In this document: positions 28,208 through 38,281 of the stretch, piece after piece
Numbering within the stretch: the stretch's first letter is position 1
Layout of the letters: the number at the start of each line of letters is the position of its first letter
Origin: an uncultured Planctomycetota bacterium
Lineage (GTDB): Bacteria; Planctomycetota; PLA2; JAEUHO01
NCBI GenBank assembly: GCA_963772585.1
Contig: CAVYXV010000009.1
Coordinates: 91,760-155,759 of the forward strand
Length of the DNA: 64,000 nt
Direction of reading: 5' to 3'
Notes under the pieces: model-generated
The model's input: the letters and a program-made list of their open reading frames with translations, nothing else
Told to the model about the DNA's origin: nothing
The model's database searches: none
Translations under genes and position numbers: made by a program

Positions 28208-29826
28208 ACCATCTGGCAGCGATCCTGTTCGGCGTGCTCCTGACGGCTCTCGGGCTCGTCGTGGGGCGCGGCCTGGCATCCTCGGGCACTTCTCCCGGGG
28301 CGGCGGAAGAAGAGGCATCGGCGCCGCACGGCGCCGAGGACGAGGGCCGGCTCTCGCCCCAGACCCTGCGGGGCCTCGGGGTGGTGGTGGAGCCGGTCCG
28401 ACGCGAGGAGTTCCTGCGGACGCGGCCCGTGCAGGCCGTGGTCGTCGCTCGGCCTCTCGGGTCCCGCCCGGTGACCGCGCCGCTGGGGGGCATCGTCGTG
28501 GGGCTCGACGTGGACGTGGGGCACCTCGTCCGTCCGGGCGCCGTCCTCGCCACCATCGCCCGGGACCCGATTCCCCGGCCGAAGCCCGAACTCACCGCGG
28601 AGGTGCTGACGCCCCTCAACGAGTCCGTGCACGACATCTCGGCCCGGCTTCGCACCGCGGCGGGACACGTCGAGCTGACCCGGCGCGAGCTCGGGCGGAT
28701 CCAGCCGTTCCTCCAGGACCACACCATCCCGCTCAAGACGGAGATCGACCTCCGCTACGAGTTGGAGCGCCAGGAGAAGGAAGTCGCGAACGCCAGCGCC
28801 GACCTCGCGCTCCACGGCCTGACCGGGGAGGAGATCGCCCTGGTGGAGAGCGGTGGCGCGCCGCCGGCGAGTCGGCGGCTCTGGCAGCGGGTCCTGGAGC
28901 AGAACGGCCTCTGGACGGATCAGTCGGAGGCGATCCACGCCGAGCTCACGAAGGGGCCGTGCCTGTGCGACCTGCCGTGGTGCGTCACCGCCATCGGCGA
29001 GCTGACCTCCACCGGTCTCGCGACGGACGCGCTGGTCGACGCGCTCCGGGAGAGCGAGCCGATGCGCATCCACTTCCCCGACGTCGCGGGCCTTCTCCTC
29101 GACGGCATGCCGCTCCAGACGGTGCGGACGCTGGCCGAGGGAGGGGCGCTCGAGCCGCGCATCGTGCTCCGGGCGCCCGACGGCGCCGCGATCGGCTGGG
29201 ACGTGGAGACCGTTCCCGTGCGCCGGGGCCAGCGTGTGGAGCCCGGCGACGTGCTCGTGGATCTTCACGATGCACAGCGCATGTGGCTCCGCCTCCAGCC
29301 GGTCGGTGCCGAGATCCCCTTGGTCGTCCGGGCGGTCGAGGAGGGGACGCCTCTCCTCGCGCGGCCTCTCGTCGAGGGGGCCGGGGTCGTGCTGAAGGGC
29401 GTGGTGCTCCAGCGCATGCTGACGCACGCCGGGGCGGAGGATCGGGGCGGAGGTGCGATCGCCGAGGTCGAGAACCGCGTCCTCGGGAGCCCGGGTGGCG
29501 ACAGCCTTCGCAGCTGGGCCCTGCGTGTCGGCCTGCGCTACCTCGTGGAAGTGCCGATCGCGCGCATGCCGGACCGCTTCGTCCTGCCGTTCGATGCGGT
29601 GACCGACCACGGACCGGACCGGGTCGTGTTCCTGGCCGACGGCTCGACTTTCCGACCGCAGCCGGTGCACGTCGAGTACGAGGACGACCGGATCGTGGTC
29701 ATCGCCGACGACGGCAGCCTCTTCGATGGCGATCCCGTCGTCGTGCACGGCGCGTTCGCGCTCGGGCTCGCCCTGAAGCGCGGACCGGCGGTCGCCGACC
29801 CGCACGCCGGGCACTCGCACAACTGA
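28204..29826 (+). CDS. RND membrane fusion protein (CzcB/CusB-like)
   Basis: VTAPLGGIV..L.V..G..V, V..GQRVEPGD.L, VLP.DAV...G..RVVF; ends in DPHAGHSHN; ATGA overlap. Confidence 0.88.
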   Translation: MNHLAAILFGVLLTALGLVVGRGLASSGTSPGAAEEEASAPHGAEDEGRLSPQTLRGLGVVVEPVRREEFLRTRPVQAVVVARPLGSRPVTAPLGGIVVGLDVDVGHLVRPGAVLATIARDPIPRPKPELTAEVLTPLNESVHDISARLRTAAGHVELTRRELGRIQPFLQDHTIPLKTEIDLRYELERQEKEVANASADLALHGLTGEEIALVESGGAPPASRRLWQRVLEQNGLWTDQSEAIHAELTKGPCLCDLPWCVTAIGELTSTGLATDALVDALRESEPMRIHFPDVAGLLLDGMPLQTVRTLAEGGALEPRIVLRAPDGAAIGWDVETVPVRRGQRVEPGDVLVDLHDAQRMWLRLQPVGAEIPLVVRAVEEGTPLLARPLVEGAGVVLKGVVLQRMLTHAGAEDRGGGAIAEVENRVLGSPGGDSLRSWALRVGLRYLVEVPIARMPDRFVLPFDAVTDHGPDRVVFLADGSTFRPQPVHVEYEDDRIVVIADDGSLFDGDPVVVHGAFALGLALKRGPAVADPHAGHSHN

Positions 29827-29856
29827 GTCGAGGACAGCCGAGACAGGGGGGTCGCC

Positions 29857-32800
29857 GTGCTGGACCGCATCATCGCCTTCTCGCTCAGGAATCGCGCGCT
29901 CGTGGCGGGCCTCGCGCTCCTCGTGGGGGTGGTCGGGCTCGTCGCTGCCGAGCGGCTTCCCATCGACGTGCTTCCGGACCTCAACCGCCCGACCGTGACG
30001 ATCCTCACGGAGGCGCACGGCCTCGTCCCCCTCGACGTCGAGCGGTTCGTGACGCGGTACGTCGAGCAGTCCGTGAACGGCGCGACGGGTGTCGAACGCG
30101 TGCGGTCGTCCTCGGGCATGGGGCTGTCGGTGGTGTGGGTCGAGTTCGCCTGGAGCACGGACATCTACCGGAACCGGCAGATCGTGCAGGAGAAGCTCCA
30201 GCTCGCCGTCTCCCACCTGCCGCCCGGCGTCGTGCCGCACATGGCGCCGATCTCCAGCATCATGGGGCAGGTGCTGCAGGTCGGCGTCCGGAGCCGGTCG
30301 GGCAAGACGAAGACCAGCGAGATCCGCGCGCTCGTGGACCAGGAGCTCAAGCTGCGGCTCCTCGCCGTGCCGGGCGTCGCGCAGGTCGTGTCGTCCGGGG
30401 GCGCCCCACGCCAGCTTCAGGTGACGGCCTCCACGGAGAAGATGCGCGCGCACGACGTCACGCTCGCCGAGTTGGCCGAGGCCGTCGAGCGTGCGAACCT
30501 GCGGGCCTCGGGCGGCTTCCTGAACATCGGGCCCCGGGGCCCGCTGGTGACCGTGACCGGTCTCGTGGGAGGCGCCCGGGACCTCGAACAGGCGGTGGTG
30601 CGGCACGATCCCGTGCGACCCGTCCTCGTCGCGGACGTGGCGCGCGTGGACTTCGCGCCCGCCGCCATCCGGACGGGGGATGCGGGGATCGCGGGAGGCG
30701 ACGGCGTCATCCTGACCGTGCAGAAGCAGCCCGACGTGGACACCGTGAAGCTCACGGAGCGCATCGATCGCGAGCTGGCCGAGATCCAGCGAGCGCTCCC
30801 CGAGGACCTGGAGGTGCTCCCCGCGCTCTACCGCCAGTCCGACTTCATCGAGCGGGCGGTCGGCAACGTCGTGGAGGCCGTCCGCGACGGCGCGGTGCTC
30901 GTCCTGCTCGTCCTCTTCCTCTTCCTGCTCAACGTCCGGACGACCTTCATCACCCTCACGGCGATCCCGTTGTCCATCGCCGTGACTGGCCTGGTCTTCC
31001 ACCTCACGGGCTCGTCGATCAACACGATGACCCTGGGCGGGATCGCCGTGGCGGTCGGGGCGTTGGTCGACGACGCGATCGTGGGTGTCGAGAACGTCTT
31101 CCGACGACTCAAGCAGAACGTTGCCGCCGGAGCGCCGCGGTCCGCCATGAGTGTCATCTTCCGGGCGTCCAGCGAGGTGCGGAGCCCCATCCTGGTCGGA
31201 ACGGTGGTCGTCACGGCCGTCTACCTGCCCCTGTTCGCCCTGGGCGGGATGGAGGGACGGCTCTTCCGCCCGGTCGGCGTGGCCTACATCGTCAGCATCC
31301 TCGCCTCGCTTCTCGTCGCCGTGACGGTGACGCCGGTGCTGTGCGCGTGGCTCCTTCCTTCGTCGTCGGCGGTCCGTCGCCAGCGGGACGGGCTCGTCGT
31401 GCGCGGCCTGAAGGCCGGGGCCGAGCGTCTGATCCGGCTGTCGCTCGCCCGCCCCCGGGCCGTCATCTCCCTTTTCGGCGCCCTGCTCGTCGTGGGGTTC
31501 GCCATGCTGGCGACGCGGGGGACCGAGTTCCTGCCGCCCTTCAACGAGGGATCGGCGATCGTGAACCTCGTGCTTCCGCCGGGGACGAGTCTCGAGACGT
31601 CCGCGGACTTCGGCCGCCGGCTCGAACGGATCGCGAAGGACGTGCCCGGCGTCCTGCAGGCAAGCCGGCAGACGGGACGGGCGGAGGGCGACGAGCACGC
31701 CCACGACGTCAGCTTCAGCCTGGTGGTGCTGAGCTTCGATCCCTCCTCGGGCCGGTCGCGGGACGACGTGCTCGCGGACATCCGGGCGCGGGTCGAGCGG
31801 GAGATGCCCGGCGTGCCCACCTCCGTCGAGCAGCCGATCGCCCACACGCTCTCCCACATGCTCTCCGGCGTGAACGCGCAGGTGGCGATCAAGATCTTCG
31901 GCCCCGACCTGGACGAGCTGCGCGGGGTCGCGAAGCGGGTCGAGGAGGCCGTGCGGTCGGTGCCCGGGGTGACGGATCTCTACGGCGAGCCCCAGGTCCT
32001 GATCGACCAGGTGGAGGTGGCGCCCGACCGGATCGCGCTCGCACGCTACGGGCTCGGGGTGAATGACGTCGCGGAGACCGTGGAGCTCGCCCTGGAAGGC
32101 GAGCGGATCTCCGACCTGATCAGCGGCCCGTACACGTACCCCATCGTGCTGCGGTTGGAGGAAAAGGATCGGCGGACGGTGGAGGACATCGGCCGACTGC
32201 TGCTCCGCGCCCCGACGGGGGAAGCGCTGGCGCTCGACGACGTGGCCCGCGTGCGGGTCGCGAAGACGTCGAACAACATCAACCACGAAAACGCGATCCG
32301 GCGCATCGCCGTGCAGCACAACGTGCAGGGTCGCTCCCTCGGCGAGGTCGCGGCGGACGTGGATCGCGTGCTCGACGGCATCCGCCGGGATCTTCCGGCG
32401 GGGTACGCGATCCGGATCGGGGGGCAGTTCGAGGCGCAGGAATCGGCTACCCAGGTGATGGGGTGGCTGGGACTCGTTTCGTTCGTGGTGATCTTCCTCG
32501 TGCTCGCGGGCCACTTCCGATCGACGAACATGGCGCTGCAGACGCTCCTCGGCATCCCCATGGCGTTCCTCGGCGCGATCGCGATGATCTACCTCACCGA
32601 GCAGAACCTCTCGGTGGCGACCCTCGTGGGGCTGGTGGCGCTCGCTGGAATCGCGGCGAGGAACAACCTGCTGCTTCGCGACCACTACCTCCACCTGATG
32701 CGGGAGGAGGGGATGCCGTTCTCGAAGGCCATGATCGTGCAGGCCGGGCGCGAGCGGATCGTCCCGGTGCTGATGACCGCCTTGACGAGCGGCATCGCCC

Positions 32801-33048
32801 TGATCCCGATCGTGCTGTCGCCCGGCGAGGCCGGCCGGGAACTGCTCTACCCCGTCGCCAGCGTCATTGCGGGAGGGCTCGTCACGAGCACCCTGTTGGA
32901 CGTGCTGGTGACACCGGCCGCGTTCCATCTCTTCGGACGCCGACCCGCCGAAGCGCACGCTCGGCGGGAGAGCGCCGCCGACGAGGCGGTCGAACGGTTG
33001 GCCCGATCCTTCGAAACGACTCCCTCGTCGAAAGGACAGGACGCATGA
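29857..33048 (+). CDS. Heavy-metal RND permease (CzcA/CusA family)
   Basis: LPIDVLPDL, GALVDDAIVGVEN, LGGMEGRLFRP and ERIVPVLMTALT motifs. Confidence 0.95.
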   Translation: MLDRIIAFSLRNRALVAGLALLVGVVGLVAAERLPIDVLPDLNRPTVTILTEAHGLVPLDVERFVTRYVEQSVNGATGVERVRSSSGMGLSVVWVEFAWSTDIYRNRQIVQEKLQLAVSHLPPGVVPHMAPISSIMGQVLQVGVRSRSGKTKTSEIRALVDQELKLRLLAVPGVAQVVSSGGAPRQLQVTASTEKMRAHDVTLAELAEAVERANLRASGGFLNIGPRGPLVTVTGLVGGARDLEQAVVRHDPVRPVLVADVARVDFAPAAIRTGDAGIAGGDGVILTVQKQPDVDTVKLTERIDRELAEIQRALPEDLEVLPALYRQSDFIERAVGNVVEAVRDGAVLVLLVLFLFLLNVRTTFITLTAIPLSIAVTGLVFHLTGSSINTMTLGGIAVAVGALVDDAIVGVENVFRRLKQNVAAGAPRSAMSVIFRASSEVRSPILVGTVVVTAVYLPLFALGGMEGRLFRPVGVAYIVSILASLLVAVTVTPVLCAWLLPSSSAVRRQRDGLVVRGLKAGAERLIRLSLARPRAVISLFGALLVVGFAMLATRGTEFLPPFNEGSAIVNLVLPPGTSLETSADFGRRLERIAKDVPGVLQASRQTGRAEGDEHAHDVSFSLVVLSFDPSSGRSRDDVLADIRARVEREMPGVPTSVEQPIAHTLSHMLSGVNAQVAIKIFGPDLDELRGVAKRVEEAVRSVPGVTDLYGEPQVLIDQVEVAPDRIALARYGLGVNDVAETVELALEGERISDLISGPYTYPIVLRLEEKDRRTVEDIGRLLLRAPTGEALALDDVARVRVAKTSNNINHENAIRRIAVQHNVQGRSLGEVAADVDRVLDGIRRDLPAGYAIRIGGQFEAQESATQVMGWLGLVSFVVIFLVLAGHFRSTNMALQTLLGIPMAFLGAIAMIYLTEQNLSVATLVGLVALAGIAARNNLLLRDHYLHLMREEGMPFSKAMIVQAGRERIVPVLMTALTSGIALIPIVLSPGEAGRELLYPVASVIAGGLVTSTLLDVLVTPAAFHLFGRRPAEAHARRESAADEAVERLARSFETTPSSKGQDA

Positions 33049-33533
33049 CGACGCTTCGATATCTCGGGCTCGCAGGCCTGCTGGCGGCGACTGCCCTGTT
33101 CGCCGCGTGCGGCGGCGATCGCCCCTCCAGCCCGGCCGGGGAGGGGGGAGGGGAGGGCCACGAAGAGGCCGCCCACGACGACGGGGCCCACGACCACGCG
33201 GTGGGGCCGCACGGGGGCGCGATGGTGGTTCTCGGCGACCACGAGGTCCACCTGGAGGCGCTCCACCACGAGGCCGAGCACGCCGTCGAGGTGTACGCCT
33301 ACGACGCCGACCTCGGGCCGTTGGCGTTCGACGCGGCGCCGATGCTGAAGGTGGCCGGCCCCGGGGGTCAGGTATCCCTGACCGGAACGGCCGTGGACGG
33401 CGGTGGCTGGCGGTTCGAGGACGACGCGCTCGCGTCGGAGCCGGAACGCGCGCGGTTCCAGATCCGGATCGGCGGCATGACCTTCGTGCCCGACCTGCCC
33501 GCGCACGCGCACGGCGAGGACGAGTACGACTGA
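33045..33533 (+). CDS. His-rich lipoprotein, putative periplasmic metal chaperone
   Basis: Lipobox FAAC; HDDGAHDHAVGPHGG...HLE; ATGA overlap with the RND gene. Confidence 0.75.
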   Translation: MTTLRYLGLAGLLAATALFAACGGDRPSSPAGEGGGEGHEEAAHDDGAHDHAVGPHGGAMVVLGDHEVHLEALHHEAEHAVEVYAYDADLGPLAFDAAPMLKVAGPGGQVSLTGTAVDGGGWRFEDDALASEPERARFQIRIGGMTFVPDLPAHAHGEDEYD

Positions 33534-33563
33534 CAGCGGCCCGGGCGGCGGGGAGGTACCCTC

Positions 33564-34307
33564 GTGGACGACTGGTTCTACTACGACGTTCTCCATCGCC
33601 TGCACCGCTACTGCAACCCGGTGTCGGACGACGCGGTCGACGAACTCGTGACCGTCGTCGCTCCCCGACCGGGGATGCGGGTGCTCGACATCGCGTGCGG
33701 GCACGGCGCGCTACTGCTCGCCCTCGCCGAACGGGGGGCGATCGGCGTGGGTGTCGATGCCTCGCCGTTCGCGCAAGCGAGGGCGGTCGCGGCGCTGGAG
33801 GAGCGGGGCGGCGGTCTCGACGTGACGTTCCGGCACGGGCGCGGGGAAGCGTTCGCCGCGGAGGAGCCGTTCGACGTGGCGATGTGCATCGGTGCGAGCT
33901 GGATCTGGGACGGGTGGGGGGGGACGCTCGATGCGCTGTGCGGGTTCGTGCGGCCGGGCGGGCTGTTGGTCAGCGGCGAGCCGTACTGGATCCGCGAGCC
34001 ACCGGCCTCCTACCTGGCGCTCGAGGGACTCCGCGCCGACGAGTTCCCGTCGTTCGACGAGTACGTGCGAGGGGCGCGCGATCGCGGGTTGGCGCTGGTG
34101 TGGATGCGCCGCTCGACCAGCGCGGACTGGGATCGCTACGAGATGCTCCAGACGGCGTCGCTCGACCACTTCCTCCGCGAGCATCCCGAGCACCCGGATC
34201 TCGCGGGCATCCGCGAGCGCTTGGCGCCGTCGAAGGAGGCCTACCTCGCCTGGGGCAAGGACGGCCTCGGGTTCGCCACGTGGGTGTGGCGCGTGCCTGG
34301 CTCGTGA
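33564..34307 (+). CDS. Class I SAM-dependent methyltransferase
   Basis: RVLDIACGHG, FDVAMCIGASWI and RPGGLLVSGEPYW motifs. Confidence 0.9.
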   Translation: MDDWFYYDVLHRLHRYCNPVSDDAVDELVTVVAPRPGMRVLDIACGHGALLLALAERGAIGVGVDASPFAQARAVAALEERGGGLDVTFRHGRGEAFAAEEPFDVAMCIGASWIWDGWGGTLDALCGFVRPGGLLVSGEPYWIREPPASYLALEGLRADEFPSFDEYVRGARDRGLALVWMRRSTSADWDRYEMLQTASLDHFLREHPEHPDLAGIRERLAPSKEAYLAWGKDGLGFATWVWRVPGS

Positions 34308-34314
34308 ACGCGGC

Positions 34315-35028
34315 TCAGTCGCGGGCGCCCAGGAAGAGGATCAGCACGTAGTAGAACATGATGGCGACCGACGCGAAGAGGGAGAGGGCGGCGGCGACGT
34401 GCCGATCCTCGGGGTAGTGGTGGAGCACGTTGGACGTCTCGTACAGGATCGAGGCGCCGGCGAGGCCGACCATGCCGATGCTGAACCACGTTCCGAGTTG
34501 GAAGCCGAAGAGGACGCCCGCCACGATGGCGACGAGGGCGATTACGAAGCCGTAGACGACGACCCCCCGCAGGAAGGAGAAGTCCTGTCCCGTGATGAAC
34601 ACCGTGGCCGTGAGCCCGGCGAAGGCGGCGAGCGTGACGAAGGCGGCGGATTGGATGACGCCGCCATCCGCGTAGGAGTTCGCCACGAGGAGGAGCGGGA
34701 GGAAGATCAGCCCTTCGATGACGACGTAACCTGCGAGGCCGAGGACCTGCGTCGTGCGGCTGCGGGCTGCGAGGGCCACGCGGCTCATCAGGCCGCCGAG
34801 GACGACGAACCCGCCCAGGAAGAGAAGCCAGCGGTACCGTCCTCCGGCCAGGAACTGGAACATGGCCTCGGGCACGGAGGTCTGGAAGAGGGCGATCTCC
34901 AGCAGCACGAAGCCGCCGACCGCAGCGAAGAGCGTGAGGTACGTGCGCCGGAGGAACCCCGCGCGGGCGCTCTCCCCGATCCGGAAGACCTCGTCCTGGG
35001 AGCGCGCGTAGGGGTTCATGGGGCTCAT
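34315..35028 (-). CDS. Bax inhibitor-1/YccA family membrane protein
   Basis: RAGFLRRTY, DFSFLRG, ILYETSNV and AALSLFASV motifs; about 7 TM segments. Confidence 0.9.
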   Translation of the reverse strand: MSPMNPYARSQDEVFRIGESARAGFLRRTYLTLFAAVGGFVLLEIALFQTSVPEAMFQFLAGGRYRWLLFLGGFVVLGGLMSRVALAARSRTTQVLGLAGYVVIEGLIFLPLLLVANSYADGGVIQSAAFVTLAAFAGLTATVFITGQDFSFLRGVVVYGFVIALVAIVAGVLFGFQLGTWFSIGMVGLAGASILYETSNVLHHYPEDRHVAAALSLFASVAIMFYYVLILFLGARD

Positions 35029-35099
35029 CCGGGCCTCCTGGGGACGTCGGGGCGCATGATACGGGGCGGGGCCGGGCCGTCGCGGCGGGGGGGGGCCCG

Positions 35100-35330
35100 G
35101 GCCGCCTTCGTCGTGGTGTTCCGGGGCGGCGGCCTGCTGCTAGCCGTGCTCTCCCCCTTGAACGGCCGCGCAACGTCGACGCGAGGCAGGGCCGCACGCA
35201 CCGGCTGGTCGTGGCCGTCATCCGGTGCCTGGTCGTCCCTCTCGGGACCATCTTCGGCGTGTTGTCGCGGACGGTGCGCACCCGCCCCTTCGTCGGGGTC
35301 CTCTGCGGCGACGCGGCGCGCAGCCCATCA
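35100..35330 (+). pseudogene. Possible decayed membrane-protein remnant
   Basis: Hydrophobic fragments in two frames (AFVVVF..GGLLLAVL; VAVIRCLVVPLGTIFGVL...RPFV) with no clear start. Confidence 0.3.
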
Positions 35331-35424
35331 GCCGGACGCCTGGCGCATACGGCCGGCCGGGCGCCGGGGCCGGAGTTTCGGGCTCGTCGGACTGTCGGAG
35401 CGCCGGGCTAGCCTCGCGTTCGTC

Positions 35425-36639
35425 ATGGAATTCCGGGTCGACAGGCGCACGATCGAGGCCGAACCCGACGAGGAGGCCATCGAGGCCCTGCGCGGGATGC
35501 GCGAGGGTTGGCTCGAGCAGACCCTCTCCCTCGCCCGCCTCCTCCAGCGCATCGACCGCAAGCACGCCTACCGCCTGCACTCCGCGGTGAGCGTGCAGGA
35601 ACTCGCCGGTCGGATGGGATACGACCGGGAACGGGCCCGCCTCCACATGCTGCTGGGCTGGGCTCTCGGGGGGGATCCGCGGATCGAGAAGGCCTTGCGC
35701 GAGAACACCATGTCCTTCTCGTCCGCCTACGTCGTCGGCGAGGTCTTCCGCCGCCCGGAGCTGAAGAAGGAAGGCGAGGACTGGTTCGAGATGGCGGATC
35801 AGACCCGGGTGTCCGACTTGCGCAGACTCGTGCGTCGGCGCAAGGAGGAGATCCGGCAGGGGGACCCACTGATCCGAACCCACTCCGCCGAGGTGACCGC
35901 GGCGGCGAAGGAGAAGCTCGACCGCTGCCAGGAAGTCGCCTCGCAGCGCGCGAAGGAGATGCTGACGCAGGGGCAGACCCTGGACGTCGTGGCCACGTCG
36001 TATCTCCTGCTGGCCGATCCCCTCTACTCCGCCGAGGGAATCCGGCGCATGGAGGACACGGCCCGCAACCTCAGCGGGCGGGGTGTCCCCGAAGCGACCA
36101 CCCGTGCGGTCCTCTGTCGATCCGGCGGTCTCTGCGAGGTCGGGCAGTGCGATCGACCCGCGGTCGAGCTGTGCCACATCCGCCCCCACCGAGACGGCAG
36201 CCCTCGGGAGAAGGAGGACCTCTTCGGGGGGTGTTACGGTCACCACACGACGTTCGACCTCGGGTGGCTGGTGCACGCCGGATGGAGCGCCACGCAGCTG
36301 CCCCGTTTCGCCGTCAGCGCCACAGGAGAGATCCTCGAGCCGAAGCCCCGCCCGTGGCCGCTGGTGCCCGGAGAGGGCCCGGCGTGGTTGCGCAGGGCCC
36401 TTCCGCGGGGCGGTCGCCGGGTCCTGAGACGCCTGGCGAAGGTGCTCGAGGCCGTGGGTGGGCCGGCGCCTCCCGCCGACGGGGGTCGGTCTCCGCCGCC
36501 GTCTGACGAGGGAGGCGGTGGGGCGGGTCTCGTCGCGGATCGCGGGTCGGGGTTCGGCAAGGGGTCTCCCCCCCGCTGTCCCCCGCCCCGGCGGGGACCA
36601 CCGCGCTCGCGTACGTCGGTCCGGGAGCACCTCCCGTAG
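35425..36639 (+). CDS. HNH endonuclease with DUF222-like helical N-terminus
   Basis: RSGGLCEVGQC...ELCHIRPH..G......L..GCYGHH (HNH/Zn motif); low-complexity C-terminal tail. Confidence 0.75.
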   Translation: MEFRVDRRTIEAEPDEEAIEALRGMREGWLEQTLSLARLLQRIDRKHAYRLHSAVSVQELAGRMGYDRERARLHMLLGWALGGDPRIEKALRENTMSFSSAYVVGEVFRRPELKKEGEDWFEMADQTRVSDLRRLVRRRKEEIRQGDPLIRTHSAEVTAAAKEKLDRCQEVASQRAKEMLTQGQTLDVVATSYLLLADPLYSAEGIRRMEDTARNLSGRGVPEATTRAVLCRSGGLCEVGQCDRPAVELCHIRPHRDGSPREKEDLFGGCYGHHTTFDLGWLVHAGWSATQLPRFAVSATGEILEPKPRPWPLVPGEGPAWLRRALPRGGRRVLRRLAKVLEAVGGPAPPADGGRSPPPSDEGGGGAGLVADRGSGFGKGSPPRCPPPRRGPPRSRTSVREHLP

Positions 36640-36648
36640 GCTGTCGGG

Positions 36649-38271
36649 ATGCTTGAAGATCCCATGCCCGGCTACCGGTGGGGATACGACCTCGACGGGG
36701 GGCGTGTGCTCGAAGTCTCCGTGCGCGGTGAGCGGTTGATCGAGCGGGCCATGTTCAACAAGGGCACCGCCTTCTCCATGGAGGAGCGGGATGCCCTCGA
36801 CCTCCACGGCCTGCTGCCCCCGCGCGTGGTGACGCTCGCGCAGCAGGTCGAACGGGTTCGGTGGACCTACGACCACCAGGAGAGCGACCTCGAGCGCTAT
36901 CTCCACATGATGGGCGTCCTCGATCGCAACGAGACGCTGTTCTACCGGATGCTGGCGGACCATTTCGGAGCTCTGCTTCCCATCGTCTACACGCCGACAG
37001 TCGGTCTCGCCTGCCAGCACTTCGGCCGGATCTACCGGCGCACGCGGGGCCTGTACTTGCGGCCCGAGGACCATGGCCGCATGGACGCCATCCTCGGCCG
37101 CTGGCGCTTTCCCAACGTCCGCGTGATCGTCGTCACGGACGGAGAGCGCGTCCTGGGGCTCGGCGACCTGGGCGCCGGCGGCATGGGCATCGCGATCGGA
37201 AAGTGTTCATTGTACGTGGCCGCGGCCGGGATCCACCCCGCCCACGTGCTCCCGGTCTGCCTGGACGTGGGCACGGAGAACACCGCACTGCGGGGTGACC
37301 CTCTCTATCTCGGTGTGGACCGCCCCCGTCTTCGCGGCCCGGCCTACGACGAATTCGTCGACGCCTTCCTTGACGCCGTGGCCCGGAGGTTTCCGGCCGC
37401 GATGGTCCAGTTCGAAGACTTCGCCTCGCCGGTCGCGATGCACCTGCTCCGACGTCATCGGGACCGACTGTGCTGCTTCAACGACGACATCCAAGGTACC
37501 GGCGCGGTCACGAGGGCCGTGGTGGTCGCGGCCCAGCGGGACACGGGCCGCTGCCTGCAGGATCTCCGTGTCGTCGTCGCTGGCGCAGGCAGCGCGGGAA
37601 TCGGCATCGCCCGCGCCCTCGCCGGCGCCGAAGTCTGGGTCGTGGACGATCGCGGGCTGCTGACTCCCGGACGCCCGGATCTCGGCCCGGTCCAGCGTTC
37701 TGTCGCGCGCGACGAAGAGGCGGCCGGTCTGGCGGACATCGTGCGGCGCGTCCGTCCGCACGTCCTCGTCGGTGTCACGGGGGTCCCGGGGCTGTTCACA
37801 CGCGAGATGATCCAGGCCATGGAGGGCCCGAGGCCGCTCGTGCTCCCGCTCTCCAACCCGACATCCATGGCGGAGTGCACGCCCGGCCAGGTCCGGGAGT
37901 GGAGCGGGGGCCTCGCGCAGGTCGCCACCGGCAGTCCCTTCCCCGCCACCGCGCAATGCAACAACGCATACGTCTTCCCGGGCGTAGGGCTCGGGGTGAT
38001 GATCGCCGAGGCCTCGCGGGTGACGAACGGCATGCTCGGCGCCGCCGCCGACGCGTTGGCCGCGGTCGCGCCCCCGGCGGCCCTGCTGCCCCCCCTGGCC
38101 CGCATCCGCGACGTCTCGCGGGCCGTCGCCCTCGCCGTCGCCCGTCGGGCTCTGGAAGAGGGCGTGGCGAGGGTCGCGCCGGACGCCGATCTTGAGGCCG
38201 CGCTGGCCGCCCGCGTGTGGGACCCGACCTACGTGCCCTACCGGGCGGTGGGACCGGCGCGGGCATCGTAG
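36649..38271 (+). CDS. maeA: NAD(P)-dependent malic enzyme (MaeA/SfcA type)
   Basis: NKGTAF, PIVYTPTVG, VTDGERVLGLGD, FNDDIQGTG, GAGSAG and LSNPT motifs. Confidence 0.92.
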   Translation: MLEDPMPGYRWGYDLDGGRVLEVSVRGERLIERAMFNKGTAFSMEERDALDLHGLLPPRVVTLAQQVERVRWTYDHQESDLERYLHMMGVLDRNETLFYRMLADHFGALLPIVYTPTVGLACQHFGRIYRRTRGLYLRPEDHGRMDAILGRWRFPNVRVIVVTDGERVLGLGDLGAGGMGIAIGKCSLYVAAAGIHPAHVLPVCLDVGTENTALRGDPLYLGVDRPRLRGPAYDEFVDAFLDAVARRFPAAMVQFEDFASPVAMHLLRRHRDRLCCFNDDIQGTGAVTRAVVVAAQRDTGRCLQDLRVVVAGAGSAGIGIARALAGAEVWVVDDRGLLTPGRPDLGPVQRSVARDEEAAGLADIVRRVRPHVLVGVTGVPGLFTREMIQAMEGPRPLVLPLSNPTSMAECTPGQVREWSGGLAQVATGSPFPATAQCNNAYVFPGVGLGVMIAEASRVTNGMLGAAADALAAVAPPAALLPPLARIRDVSRAVALAVARRALEEGVARVAPDADLEAALAARVWDPTYVPYRAVGPARAS

Positions 38272-38281
38272 GCTCTCGCGG

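Noticed and set aside
28102-32958. 1618-aa minus-strand ORF and other very long antisense or alternative-frame ORFs (e.g. 13117-16218, 9414-12317, 55048-57837)
   Set aside because: Shadow ORFs of real genes, expected in very high-GC DNA; Arg/Pro/Gly-rich with no motifs
35425-36639. HNH protein as an IscB/Cas9-like RNA-guided nuclease
   Set aside because: No RuvC motifs, PLMP start or CRISPR array recognised
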